NCBI RefSeq assembly: GCF_964355755.1
Contig: NC_092672.1
Coordinates: 5,518,001-5,582,000, forward strand
Length of the DNA stretch: 64,000 nucleotides
Direction: 5' to 3'
Origin: Antedon mediterranea
Lineage: Eukaryota; Animalia; Echinodermata
In this document: piece by piece, positions 1-13,080 of the stretch
How positions within the stretch are numbered: the first letter of the stretch is position 1
Layout of the letters: every line of letters starts with the position of its first letter
Position numbers and translations under genes: made by a program
Notes under the pieces: model-generated
What the model was told of the DNA's origin: nothing
The model's database searches: none
Seen by the model: only the letters and a program-made list of their open reading frames with translations

Positions 1-178
1 AAGCCTTATTGCGAGGAAAGCCTTATTATGAGGACAGCCTTATTAAGAGGACAGCCTTATTAAGAGGACAGCCTTATTAAGAGGACAGCCTTAATAAGAG
101 GACAGCCTTATTAAGAGTACAGCCTTATAAAGAGGGCAGTCTTATTAAGAGGACAGCCTTATTAAGAGGACAGCCTTA
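1..178. repeat. 17-bp minisatellite (AGGACAGCCTTATTAAG)n, about 10 copies, continues off the left edge
   Basis: Tandem unit directly visible; lies in a GLOD4 intron next to duplicated segments 229-312 and 714-798. Confidence 0.85.
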
Positions 179-357
179 GAGAACACTTTCCCATAAAAAA
201 AAACGAGGAAAATATTAATCTTTCAACACTACGGCAAGCCTCTACTCAGCAGGAGATCTCTATCAAGGGGACACTTTGTTGGCTTTCTGTCCCCTTAATA
301 GGGTTCTACTGAATAAGACACTACTATAAGTTAATCATAGATGTATTAGAACACTAC

Positions 358-3300
358 CTCCTGATTCAGGTTTATTTACAAGGTAGAACTTGTAACCACC
401 GGGTGCCACGGCAACAAACGTGTCATCACAGAGTTTTGTTAAAGGCCAGTCAACCTTCTTGGCATTTTCAATGGCTTTAGATGACTCAATGGTTATCCCC
501 TACATCAAAATAAAAGATAAATAATTAATCATCATTTAGGGAAGTGGTGTAACACAGAGGGAAAAAGCCCCCTGGTTCAGCACTCCTAAAAAGCCCTCCA
601 ACATTGGGTAGTTGCATTGGATTGCTCATGCTCTGGGGTTCTTGAGTTTAGCCAGTAAGCACTCATAGCTATTACACCACTGTTAGTATGTCTGCAAGCA
701 TATCATATAATAATACGGCAAGCCTCTACTCAGAGGAGACCCCTATCAAGGGGACTCTTTGTTGGCTTTGTGTCCCTCCCCTTAATAGGGGTTCACCATA
801 TAATAATACTCCTTCTGATAATAGAGTTTTCTACATGCTTTATTACTAACCTCATAAAAAGTAATTAGATTTATTCTTCCAGAAATTACTGAATTATACT
901 ACTACTTATTTAAAAAAAAAGTATATATATATAATTACCTGAAAATCATTTCCTATTTCATAACTTTTAATGCCATAGTTATATGTAAGCTCAATAACAA
1001 AGTGACTGTCTTCATCTCCGTAACCAATCATAGACTTGCTCCACTTGCTGTCATATGGTCTGAAATTATTATTCAATACTCATAATTATTAATTCTAAAT
1101 TTATTCAACCATAATTGTATCATTCATCTAAATTCTTTTATTGATTTGGATGGACCATTTCAAGAATACAAATACAATTCATGATAGAGTCCCTACAGGG
1201 TTAATCCTGGTGACTAGCGCTAGGGGCGTGTGTTACCCTATCTACAGCTACTATGTTAGCACTGGATCCAGGAGCTACACTGGCCATTTTTTCCCTGTGA
1301 GAGGTTAAGGCAGGAATTATGAAAAATGCACAACCTTAATTATTTTCTATGATAAAGAATTGTATGATACTTGATAGCTGATCTACTTCCTACATATACC
1401 TTTTAACCCCTCTAAATAATCTCTTTCTCACATAAAGACGTGCTACTGATGGGGATCGAAACCAGAGCTCCAGTGTCATATACTTTTACTACTTTAATTT
1501 ACTACTTGACTCCACATAATTGATGTTATAATTATTCTCAGTTCTGTTTTAAACTAAAATAATGACGCATATTTACCCATTACATGAGGCTTTGCATCCT
1601 TCATCAAATTCTTCATGGCGCAGAAACTTTAATAGAAACCAATCATTGTTAGCATGGTTAAAATGTTCAGTCCACTTAGCTTAACAAAAATTATGTAATC
1701 AATGCCCACACACAAATCTAGTTAATTGTTGATCTCCTATAGCAAGTGCATTTCATTTTAAACTTTTTACAGTATGTACTTGCAATTAGAAGCATATAAC
1801 GTTACTGTATGTTTTTACAGTAGCAATGTCTTTCTCAATATATCTTCTACGGATCTTTTAATATCTAAAGTAACCAATCTTTAAACCAATCTAATTACAA
1901 CAGTTAATTCCACTTTCATGATTGCATTAAATCATAGAGATATTTAAACTATAATATCTCTATGATTAAATTATGAACAACATGCAGATTTTGAAATTTG
2001 TTATATACAGTGTTTGTTTTCATAGAGAATAGCTTAGTCAGGATAGCAATTTAGTTATCATGTGATTTAACAATCTTATATAATCCAGTGCCTGCATCAT
2101 TTTCAAATTTATTTTCTTTTTGTAAAGAAGATTATAGATTGTAATACTGTAGGTATTATATTTGGTTTTTTTTGATAGATTTATTTTAAAACATTCAATT
2201 GATGAAATTGTCTTAATGCGAAGAATTGGAAGGTGCAAAAGAAGGACCTTTACAGGTACTAGAGGGTTCGCTCGCGCACCCTCTAGTGAGTGTACCCGAA
2301 TGGTTCTCGAAAACATGACCAACACCTCTGGAAATTGAAGCCCGGGTGACACCTATGCATATGACTGATGAGTAATGCATGTTTATTTTGTTTTGCACCT
2401 AAATTTGATTAAAAGATTAATAAATAGAATAAATAATTATTTCAATTAGCCTCCTACAGTAGGCCTAACATTGAATCGCACCTAAATTTGATAAAGTGAT
2501 TAATAAATAGCATAAATAATTAGTTCAATTACTGAAACAAATGTTATTTCACGTAAAGTAAAGGCCTTTATAATTGATTAGTTGAATATCTAGGCTAAAA
2601 CAAATAAATTGTAGTTCACGATTCAGTTGAATCACTAAAATCGCATTGTAGTTCACGTAAAAGTAAGGCCTTCAATAAAAGTTAAATTACTAAACCAAAT
2701 TGTAGTTCACGTAAAGTATATGCCTTTAATAAATATAACTGATTAGTTGAATATCTAAAAAAATTAATTTCAGTAGTTCACGATACGTTGAACCACTAAA
2801 ATATTTTTATATTTAATATTGAATGGCGCCATCAACGGCCATTTTGCCGGAAGTGACGGACCCGGAAGCCAGTTGAACAACAGCGCGTGTGTGTGAAAAT
2901 AACCCTGTGATATCCACAAATTTCGATAGGTAACGCTAAATTGTGTCGTTGTAAAAGACAAAAATGGAACAATAGCGTCGATGTGAAAACTAATGTTATC
3001 AAATCTACGTTTCGCGGTACATCTGAGATAGATAAGGTAGGTATCCAAGGCGGAGATTTGTACCGAAGATTTTGCATTGTGCTCGCCTATGTCAGAATTA
3101 ACCATAATTTATATATAGATGCCAACAAAAAATTAATTAATGGAAGGTCTTTCAATATCAGGGTTCAATCCCCATACAGTATTAGTTTTGTTTCATTTGT
3201 TGACACAATTAACTTACAGTATACGGACACGAACAAAGAGATTAATATTTGTGTTGTGTACACATAGTAAATCAGAGATCAAAAATATTTACATAATACA

Positions 3301-4400
3301 GTAATATAAAGGGTTAGTTTTTTGCTGTGTCATCCCACACGAGTAGCTTACTGTACTCTACTGCTTGATCATTTACAGTACTATGGCATGAACACATTTA
3401 TCTAGTTTAAGCAGAAAAGAACATTATGGAAATGAGTAAAACATATATTAGACCTACAGTAAATTAATTAATTTTAGATTTTTTTTAAAATTAAATATTT
3501 TAGTAATAGTATATAGCGGGGTATAATAGTCTGAAAATAATAATTCATAATTAGGATCAACTCTATTAACTATTTATATTATTATGACTGAACACTAGTG
3601 TTATATAGTTTTTCGTAATTTCATCCCGAAGAGAGTAAAATTGTGCTTTCTATGTAAATTGGGTGCGAAAGGGGGAGGGGGAGAAAGGGACCAGTAGATA
3701 CAAATTGTAAAAAAAAAATAGAAATAGTTAGATCACAGCCCTAAATAATAATTTAAAATATTATAATTTATTATTAATTTAATTATACATGAAATAAAAA
3801 AAAACATACATGTTTACACAGAACTATAAAATATTAAAACATAATGATAATTCAAATATTCATAATAATTATGCATGGTTAAAATTAACAGATGGTACTG
3901 GTAGTACCTCCATGCATTGCACACATCATATTATAATTTATTCACCAAATAAATGCATTCGTTTTACAATACCCAAAAATAAATTAAATAGGCCAACTGT
4001 ACATTACATTGAGTATATGCCTCTCTCTCTATAGCTAATTTGTAAGAAGCAGACTTTTTGTTGTCCACTCCGCTACTAATAGTACTACGTCCGGACCCTA
4101 CTCTACATCCTACGGGATCCCATCCTACCACTACCGGTGTGCTAAACTACTAGTACTAGGCCTATTATAGGCCTAGGACCTAGGTAGGAGGCTAGCTAGG
4201 CCTGGCCCTAGAGGCTAGGCCTACACTATAATAGGCCCTATCTATTTAGTATTATTATCTCACAGTTGCTGGCTATGCTCATATTAAACAACATAAATTA
4301 TTGCTACCTTCATTCCCAGAACATCTTTGTAAAATTTAGCAGTTGCTGCCCTGTCTGCGATTTTAAAAACAAAATGTAAAGCTCTAAATTCAGCCATCAT
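358..4400 (-). CDS. GLOD4: Glyoxalase domain-containing protein 4, first four coding exons (4400-4308, 1626-1577, 1059-939, 499-358); continues off the left edge
   Basis: Spliced translation [31 protein letters not shown]|[17 protein letters not shown]|[40 protein letters not shown]|[20 protein letters not shown]...[10 protein letters not shown] matches the GLOD4 N-terminus. All introns are GT-AG with consistent phase. Missed by the ORF track. Confidence 0.93.
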
Positions 4401-6132
4401 TATTTAGTATTGTATAAAGGTAACTGTGAAGCAAGTGATCTGTTTTCCTTCACACGGTGTGTCGCGATCACACATGTACCGAACGAGAGCAAAGATAGTG
4501 TAGTAGGAGTTATATTCGGCATACCAAAGTGGACTTCGTGTTCGACCTTCTAACAGCGTTAAAAAATACTGATATATAAATGAAAACAAATACAATACAA
4601 TTTATTTATATGCTTAGTTTTTTTTAATAAATTTTACATTATTCAGTATACTTTGATAACTTTGAATCATGATTTTTGACAAAAATTAGAAGGAAATAAA
4701 ACTTAATATTCAATTGTATGGACAAGGAGGCTATCCAAACATTTTTTCGACAAACTTAAGGACTGACATACTCAACATAATTGTAATTAGTTTAAAGAAA
4801 AACTAAAGTTTTGACTCACTAAACATTCATCCCTTGATTTCAGCGCAAAAGTTACGATACTTAATTAGTTCTCAATTATGTTTGAAAAAAAAATCAAATT
4901 AGTATTTATATATCTTCACAAAAAAGTAGGCCCGGATTAAACATAATTATCATAATAGTTACCATTTTACGTCGGGTTAGATGAAAAGAAATATCAGCCT
5001 TACTAATTGGACTGTAATACTCTACCACAGTTATTATACAATTATCTGTACCAATGCGGGTGGTGTTACAATCGGGATGATCAATATCGTCTTTCTAGTT
5101 TATTCAAAACCTAAAATCGAAATAATTATTGATCATGTAACCCAAATATCATGGTGGTCAATCCATCGTTCACCATTCAAACTGACCATTTCGATGCTAT
5201 TTTATTTTCCGCCTTATTGCAAATCAAGATAACAGTAACCGCGAACACAGAATTACATATACTGACACAAGATATTAGGCCTAATATTCTCCCTACTTTT
5301 TACAAAGGAATGTATTTAATTAACATGTACACTCACCTCATATGCCTACGACGCTATGTTTTACACTTTCAAAAACCAAATTTAACAATGACATATGTCC
5401 GCTATTGTCGCTCTGAATGGTATGTTGTGCACTTTATTATTTAAATTAGCAGTCAAAACAATTTGATTGGCTGATTTTGATTTGTTTTCGTACATGTTTC
5501 ACACAAACTAATCTAATTTTATCTTTACAGTTTAGAGGAAAAATGGAAAAATTAGCACTGTGGTCATGTTACACAAAAAGATTATCTGATAAAAGTCCCT
5601 AGAAAGTAGGAAACCCGTTTGCCATTTTACCCTGACTGTTTGGACCTATAATAGTATAGGTCCATGGTTTAATTGATACATCATGGAGATTATTAATCAA
5701 TGATTATTTATATAATCCTGCTCTTTATTGTTTTTTACTCGAGTTACCTAAATAAAAATAGTGAGACATATACTATAGTATATCAATTGAAAATGACGAA
5801 AGTTAACAAAAATTTAGAGGGACAGAAAGTTGATAAAATTAGTCTCAAACCAGACGCGGTGAGGTAAATTAGAAAATAACTGAAGTCCAATGCGGTGAAC
5901 TAGACATACCTCTAAAAAAAGATCGTGTGCTAAAATATTGACAAAATGTATTGCAAACAACAATACCCAAATAGGTCATTATGTTTCCTATATGACTATA
6001 TAATTAAACAAAAAATATTGCATTGCTAATAGATTGTTTAAATTTGAATTATACAATATCAGAAATATAAATAAAATATACTTTTATAATTCAGGTTTAA
6101 AGATTAATATTCGAGCCTGTAAATATACCAAC

Positions 6133-9100
6133 ATGGCGTCCTCCACTGACTTGTTTCGGAAACTTGGTGCTGGTGCTAAATTCGATTTAAAACGATTTGG
6201 ACGTGATTCAGAAAAATTGAACGTGAGGCATTTTATAATACTCATGTAGTAGATTCAATAGAATTATATCATTAGAAGTTTAGTTAACGTTAAAAGCAAT
6301 TTTATTTGCTAGCCATTAGCTTGTAATTTAAGAGAGATCAACACGCGGAGATAACGCGTTAAGCTCCGGTTGCTTGTTTTAGTTTGACATAGGCCTAGGC
6401 TTAGTTAATCCTCCATAAACATTAAGAAATTCAAAGCAATCCAGTTGTATCAGCTTGTGAATTATTATGATACTTAGACGTTAATATCGGTATTAAATAT
6501 ATTCATTTAATTTTAAGTTATATTATTGTATTATAATTAAATAATTATATATTATAGGCCTACATATCTATAGTTTAGTTAGGCCTAGGCTAATATTTAT
6601 TTTTATTAGAATTATTATTATATATGGTTTGTTGTATCAGTTAATTAATGTACAGTATGTTTACAATATTTTAGATTCAACAAACATGCTTCTCTAAAAA
6701 CAAACCAAAGGCATATGCATCCCTGGATTTCTTCGGAGCCCATGAAAAAGTGAATAAAAACGAATCATCCGACATCGATGAACAAACAGAAAAACAAAGC
6801 AGCATCATTCCTAACCAAGTTAAGCGAAAAGCAGAAAAGAACATAGAAGGTATATTTGAGTTTGACTATCTATATCTGAAGTTAGAATAGATAATATCCT
6901 ATATATATGGTGAGCTTCACACTCAAATATAAAAGAAGCCAAAACCATGGATATCAATGTTTTATTGAAGTAAGTTAGTTGGCATAATTCCTTCTGTGTT
7001 TCAGAATGTCAGAGTCAGAATCCAGACTCTAAGAAGAGTAAACTTCCGCCAGAAACAATTGAATTATTGAGACAAGAAGGGGTAAATATATTAAAGTACC
7101 GCTAAATTATAAATAAAAATAAATATAACAATAATACATTTTTTAAATCTCATATTAAACAATATTTTTCATTATTAAAGATTAACTCAACACGAAAGAG
7201 GAATAAGATTCATTTTGAAGGAACCGATGTACCAGATCCAGTCACCAATTTCCAACAGCTACAAGAAGAATACAAAGTACACAATGATATTCTGAGCAAT
7301 ATACACAAAGCAGGCTATGAGTCTCCTACCCCAATACAGATGCAGGCTATACCTCTTATGCTGCATGTAAGTTTACCAGATGACTGTCGTGCACACATCA
7401 AATTTGGTAGTCTACATATTGATGCAGCTTAAATAAAAAAAACATTTTTGGCACACATTGGAATCATATAGTTTCAGAAAGAAAAAAAATCAAACTCCCT
7501 CTGTTGGCAAACAATAACTAGAGACTTCTCATGATGGAGTCGAAACGTCGTTCTTTTTTAAGCGTTATTTTTCTATTATGTATTTACAATAAACGTACCT
7601 TCATTCGTAATTTTTATATTGTGTTTTTTTTTCTACAGAGACGAGAAGTGTTGGCTTGTGCTCCAACGGGGTCTGGCAAGACTGCAGCATTCATTATTCC
7701 AATTCTGGCACATTTAAAGGTACTGTACAGTTAATGTCTATCACTATGGAATAAATAAATATATCGTGTAACCAACTTATATCCATCCATAGCTAAAGAA
7801 TAAAAAGCCAATTTGGCAGTGCCTTTTTAATTTTGTTATTTCATACGCATCCAACAGCGAGCACACACTCCATTACAGGATGGATGAACTATTTTATAAT
7901 TTATTGTGTTTATAAACTAAATCTCATTTGAGGCTTAGGGAGTGGAGTTACAACCCTCAGGATTGAACCCTGGGATTGGAAGGCAAGCATGCATGTTAAA
8001 CACCAAGCTACAGCCCCACTACATTATCATTCCTCTTTATCATCATCCTCTTTATCATCATCCTCTGTCCTTATGAATCAATAGTCTACTTTTGTTTTGA
8101 TAGAAATCAAAAAGTACTGGAGTACGAGCCGTAGTAGTCTCGCCAACAAGAGAGCTTGCCCAGCAAACCCATCGAGAATTTGAGCGTCTAGCAAAAGGTC
8201 GAGGGTTGAAAATTCTTGTGCTGGATAAGATTCAAATGGAAAATACATCAGACAAATTTAAATATGGTAAATTATTAAAAAGTGGAGTTAGAAATAAATG
8301 ACATTACATTTTATTTTTATACAATAATGTATGTTTTGTAGATAGTTACCTTTTTGTAAATGTGTGTATTAATGTCAATAACTGGCTTGTGCTCCAACGG
8401 GGTCTGGCAAGACTGCAGCATTCATTATTCCAATTCTGGCACATTTAAAGGTACTGTACAGTTAATGTCCATCACTATGGAATAAATAAATATATCGTGT
8501 AACCAACTTATATCCATCCATAGCTAATTTGGCAGTGCCTTTTTAATTTTGTTATTTCATACGCATCCAACAGCGAGCACACACTCCATTACAGGATGGA
8601 TGAACTATTTTATAATTTATTGTGTTTATAAACTTAATCTCATTTGAGGCTTAGGGAGTGGAGTTACAACCCTCTGGATTGAACCCTGGGATTGGAAGGC
8701 AAGCATGCATGTTAAACACCAATACTCTGTATGCATAATCATAAAACTTCTTCATGATCTGTGTGAAAATACCTTCTTAACCGTGACGAGTTGTAAACAA
8801 TCCTAATTTAGCATATGCATAATGCGTACTCATGGTTTGAAATCTTTGTTTACTTTCGCTCGTGTCGATTTTCCAGATGAAATGTAATTAAACTAATTTA
8901 CCTGTTAATTACGTAAACTTGTTGTTTTGGCTTAAATTTTCGACTTAAAGTGAATAACTTTAATATTACTTTGATATGGCCACTTTAAATTTAGAATATT
9001 TTGACCTTCATTTTTTTGTGTTTCAAGGGACAATACATCTTTAAATAATCGCCTCACACCCCAATACATACATCTTTCAATGACGTTTAATATTTTGTAT

Positions 9101-11998
9101 TTTATATATGGAACAGATATACTTGTAAGTACACCAAATCGTTTAGTGTACATGCTCAACAAAGGATCAGAGTCTTTAAAACTTACAAGGTAACAACTGC
9201 TCTATATTTAATTTGTATTAATCAACACTATAATATCAATAGCCTACATAGATCATGGACAAAATAATGCATAGCGCTCATCACACATAACTATAAGCAC
9301 GGCTTGAATAAGCAAGGATGTAACTACAGAAAGATCAAGATAGGTGCTAAAAAAAATCAACACTACATTTAGTAAAGCGGCTTGAAATAAAGAAGCTTGA
9401 ATGAGACTTAGTGGAAGGTCTTAAAATAAACTGTGGACTGGGTAAAGAATTTAAAAGGTTTAGGTGCCACTACCATCACCCCTAACCACAGTTAAACACC
9501 GCACTGAAACCAGCAAAGTTTGTTAATGATTTTAGTCGTAGATCAAAATTCTAATTTATAATTTTTTCCTAGTGTTGAATGGCTTATAGTCGATGAATCG
9601 GATAAACTATTCGAAGATGGTAAATCAGGATTCCGAGAGCAATTGGCGGTCATTTACAAAGCATGCGAGTCTACTCATGTGCGACGTGCCCTCTTCAGCG
9701 CTACGTTTGCGTACGAGGTTGAACAATGGTGTAAACTCAACCTTGATAATGTTGTTGCTGTTACAGTTGGTCAAAAGTAAGCTAAATAGATTAAGATTAT
9801 ACTTTATATTCATAACCTGAGATCCTGTCAGCCATTTTGTGTTGAGGTTCTATCTGAAAAACTTTGTATGGGTTAATTTTATTTTAAAATAAAACATAGA
9901 TAAAATCATTAAGGAATTATAATTTCTCTATGATAAAATATGGAATCTCTTTCTTAATTTTAAAGGAACACGGCAACGGATACAATCAAACAAGAGTTGA
10001 CATTTGTCGGTAGTGAGTATGGCAAGCTAGTAGCCGTTAGAGAAATCTTCAGAAAAGTAAGTATATTTTTATACACATTGTACCTTAATAAATGGGGTAC
10101 AAAATATTGATATTGTAGAGTAGGCTTTTTTTCTTAAGAAGGTCCTTTAACCAGTTGAGTTAACTTGTGGATTCAATTATCATTTTTCTTTCAAAGGGTT
10201 TTAATCCACCAGTGTTGATGTTTGTGCAGTCTAAAGATAGAGCTAAGGAGTTATTCAATGAACTTGTATATGATGGGTTAAATGTAGATGTTATTCATGC
10301 AGACAGGCCACAGATACAGGTAATTATAAACATGGCGAAAGTGGAGCCTACAGTTTTAGATTAAAACTGCAGTATCAAAAAGTGTCATGTGCCCAAATAT
10401 GATAGTAATATGCCCAAGTATGGTCATGATGTCCATATATGAGCACATCACATTTTGTTGTCACATTAAGTTTGATAGTGTAGACAGAGCATGAATTTAT
10501 TTGACGTGCCATTCATTAAACATTCATCCCTGATAAATTACAAGACTCTTTTCCCTCCTAGAGAGATGAAGTTGTCAAGAATTTCAGGTCTGGCAAGATA
10601 TGGGTGCTAATTGCCACCGAGCTGATGGGTCGTGGGATAGATTTTAAAGGGGTCAATGTGGTAATCAACTATGACTTCCCAACCTCTGCCATCAGCTATA
10701 TACATCGTATTGGTAGAACAGGACGGGCAGGCAGACAAGGAACTGCAATCACGTTCTTTACAGAAAATGACTTGGCACATTTGAGGAGGTTTGTATGAGT
10801 GTGTAAATCGGCAAAAAAAACGAAAACTGAAAATAAAGGCATAGTAGGCATACATTCTTACATGACACGAAATATTGAATTTATTTACTATTTGTAATTT
10901 CTTTAGTATTGCCAATGTTATGAGAAATGCAGGTTGTCAAGTACCAGAATACATGTTGCAGATTAAAAAAACATCAAAGTAAGTTTTATGAATATGCTAA
11001 TTCTGTATGCAAATTCAATATATACAAATTCAGGATGCACACAATGAATCGAAATGGTGTCAACACTTTATAGATGTACGAGTTGAATTTCCATAAACCA
11101 CAGTTGAATGTTTACTATACAAGTCGATAGCCAGGATTAAAGGGGAAAAGGGGAGAGTGTTAGGAGCTAGGCGTATTTACAATCATTTTTAAAAGTGCAG
11201 CAAAATCTTCCCTGGCTATGAGCTTGTTATAGTGAGGCATAATAAATGGATATAAAAAAAATAAAAAATTGTAGATAAATGACTACTCACCTATATCAAC
11301 ACAATCTAAAGGTGATTCAAAGTGAAAAGCTGTCTCAAAAGTGGTCTTCTTTTAGGAGATGATCTATATTATTAAACTACAAAATATTAAGTACTGTATC
11401 AGTTGTTGTAGAGTACACAAAATAAAACCTAGGTGTAAATGAAGTAAACTTTCATTTTTGCATTCTCTCTTCAACTATTTAAAATCAATTCTATGGATAT
11501 ATACTGTAATTGCAAACAAAAACTTTTTTTTATTGTAGGCGAGAAAGGAAGCGTCTAGAAAGAAATCCAGTGGAGAGAAATACAATTAGAACATTACCAA
11601 AGAAAGATCTGAAGAAAGCCAACAGAAAAAGGTTTCTTTATTTGTTTTCTCCAACAATTTTCTTAAAGCAGAAACTTCATATAACTTGTGTCAAACAAAT
11701 CCCATTACAAATATGATCACCATTCTGAAAAAATATAGTATATATGCATGAATGTTAATACAGTATAGTAAAAAATGTTTGGTTCTTTTTCAGGGAAATG
11801 ATAAAACAAAAACTAGAGAAAAAGCAGATGAAAAATAAAGAGAAGGAAGGTCATAGTAATAAATTAAAAACAAATAAACCAGTTATCAGTAAAAATAAAA
11901 AACTATTGAATAGCGAGCTACAACGTACAATTAAAAAGTCAAGAACTGTTGACAGAAAACCCGGTGAAAAGAAGAGTAAAATTCATAAAAAGAAATGA
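6133..11998 (+). CDS. DDX52: DEAD-box RNA helicase DDX52/ROK1, 14 exons, about 619 aa (6133-6222, 6675-6849, 7005-7081, 7181-7366, 7639-7719, 8104-8266, 9117-9189, 9573-9776, 9966-10056, 10197-10319, 10562-10788, 10907-10978, 11539-11631, 11794-11998)
   Basis: N-terminal [14 protein letters not shown] motif [10 protein letters not shown], motif [16 protein letters not shown], motif [18 protein letters not shown], motif [12 protein letters not shown] and a Lys-rich tail; phases consistent. Confidence 0.95.
8383..8722 (+). repeat. Near-identical local duplication of 7652-8006 (part of DDX52 exon 5 plus intron) inside intron 6
   Basis: Starts TGGCTTGTGCTCCAACGGGGTCTGGCAAG and ends GTTAAACACCAA in both copies; one 15-bp deletion and a few substitutions. 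Confidence 0.92.
8723..9040 (-). mobile_element. One-ended fragment of a TTAA-flanked, Kolobok-like non-autonomous element; inverted homolog of 37882-38199
   Basis: About 320 bp of high identity to the reverse complement of 37882-38199; terminus AGATGTATTGTCCC abuts TTAA in both copies. Confidence 0.7.
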
Positions 11999-13080
11999 AA
12001 AAGAACACTAACCTTCATCAAGTGTTTTTAGTTCACAAGTTTTCAAGAATGCAAATAAAACATGTAGGAAGCTAAAGGAAAAACAATCCACAAAAAGAAC
12101 TGAACTTTGTGAACAATTACTGATTCTACTCAACTGTACATGCACAAGTCTGATCACAAATAAATGCATCCATATTTGCAAGACACCTCATTGCTTTTTT
12201 CACCCAGGTATATAAGTACCTGCATTTAAAGTATACATAGTCTTTTTGCACTTCAAAGTTATTTTATAGAAAAACTGCTTCGGTCTCGTCAGATAGCACG
12301 TACAACTTTTGTGATGCACCAACAAGCATATCGGCTACAAAATTAGCGCATCATAAATCAAAACATTGGGACCGGATTTTATTTGCCACGCTGGCACCAA
12401 AACAGGTGTGAAAGGTCCTTATAAATGTATGATGCCTCTATCCGTCAAATGTACATGCTTTGCTTGCAAACAAAAAATATACACTTTAATTTTCTCCAGA
12501 TTGATATTTAATTAAATTTTTTCTAATTCTTTTGACAAAATACAGTCAACTTTCTCCAAACAAGAAAGGATAGAAAAAGCCTTTGAGATCTTAAAAAGGT
12601 TGCAGGGTTTCATGAGTCTAATTTTAGAAGGGTTGAATTCAATTATTTATCACAAGTTACTAAAAATAATGACATATTTTATAATAAAATACATTTTCCT
12701 AATACAGTTACTTAATATATTTAATACAATTTGGTTATGAAACATGGTATAAATTATATTAAATTTGTAAACTTTGCAAAAATACCAGTTAAATTAGATA
12801 TACAGTACTAATCCTATACAGTACACTTTACTAAAATGTTTAAATACAATTTTTATTTTAATTAAATAAACATAATACTGATATGTTTTTTAGGTTTTAT
12901 TTTAGTTTTAAAATACTGATACAGTATATTAATTTAATTAGAACCAAACAGGTATATAATTTTAGTTACTCTGTAAAAAAGTACATTTCAAATGTTCATA
13001 TGTTTTGTGCTATAGCCCTAAAACAGCTCAATCAATCAATATTCATTTTTAAAAAACAGGTTAATTTTGTATCGTCAGTT

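Noticed and set aside
2231-2400. Structured ncRNA or hammerhead ribozyme (hairpin ACTAGAGGGT...ACCCTCTAGT, with CTGATGAG and CGAAA nearby)
   Set aside because: Hammerhead stems II and III cannot be paired. The minus strand reads TA|CACTCACTAGAGGGTGC with AGGTGCAAAA motifs, more like a CACTA terminus remnant.
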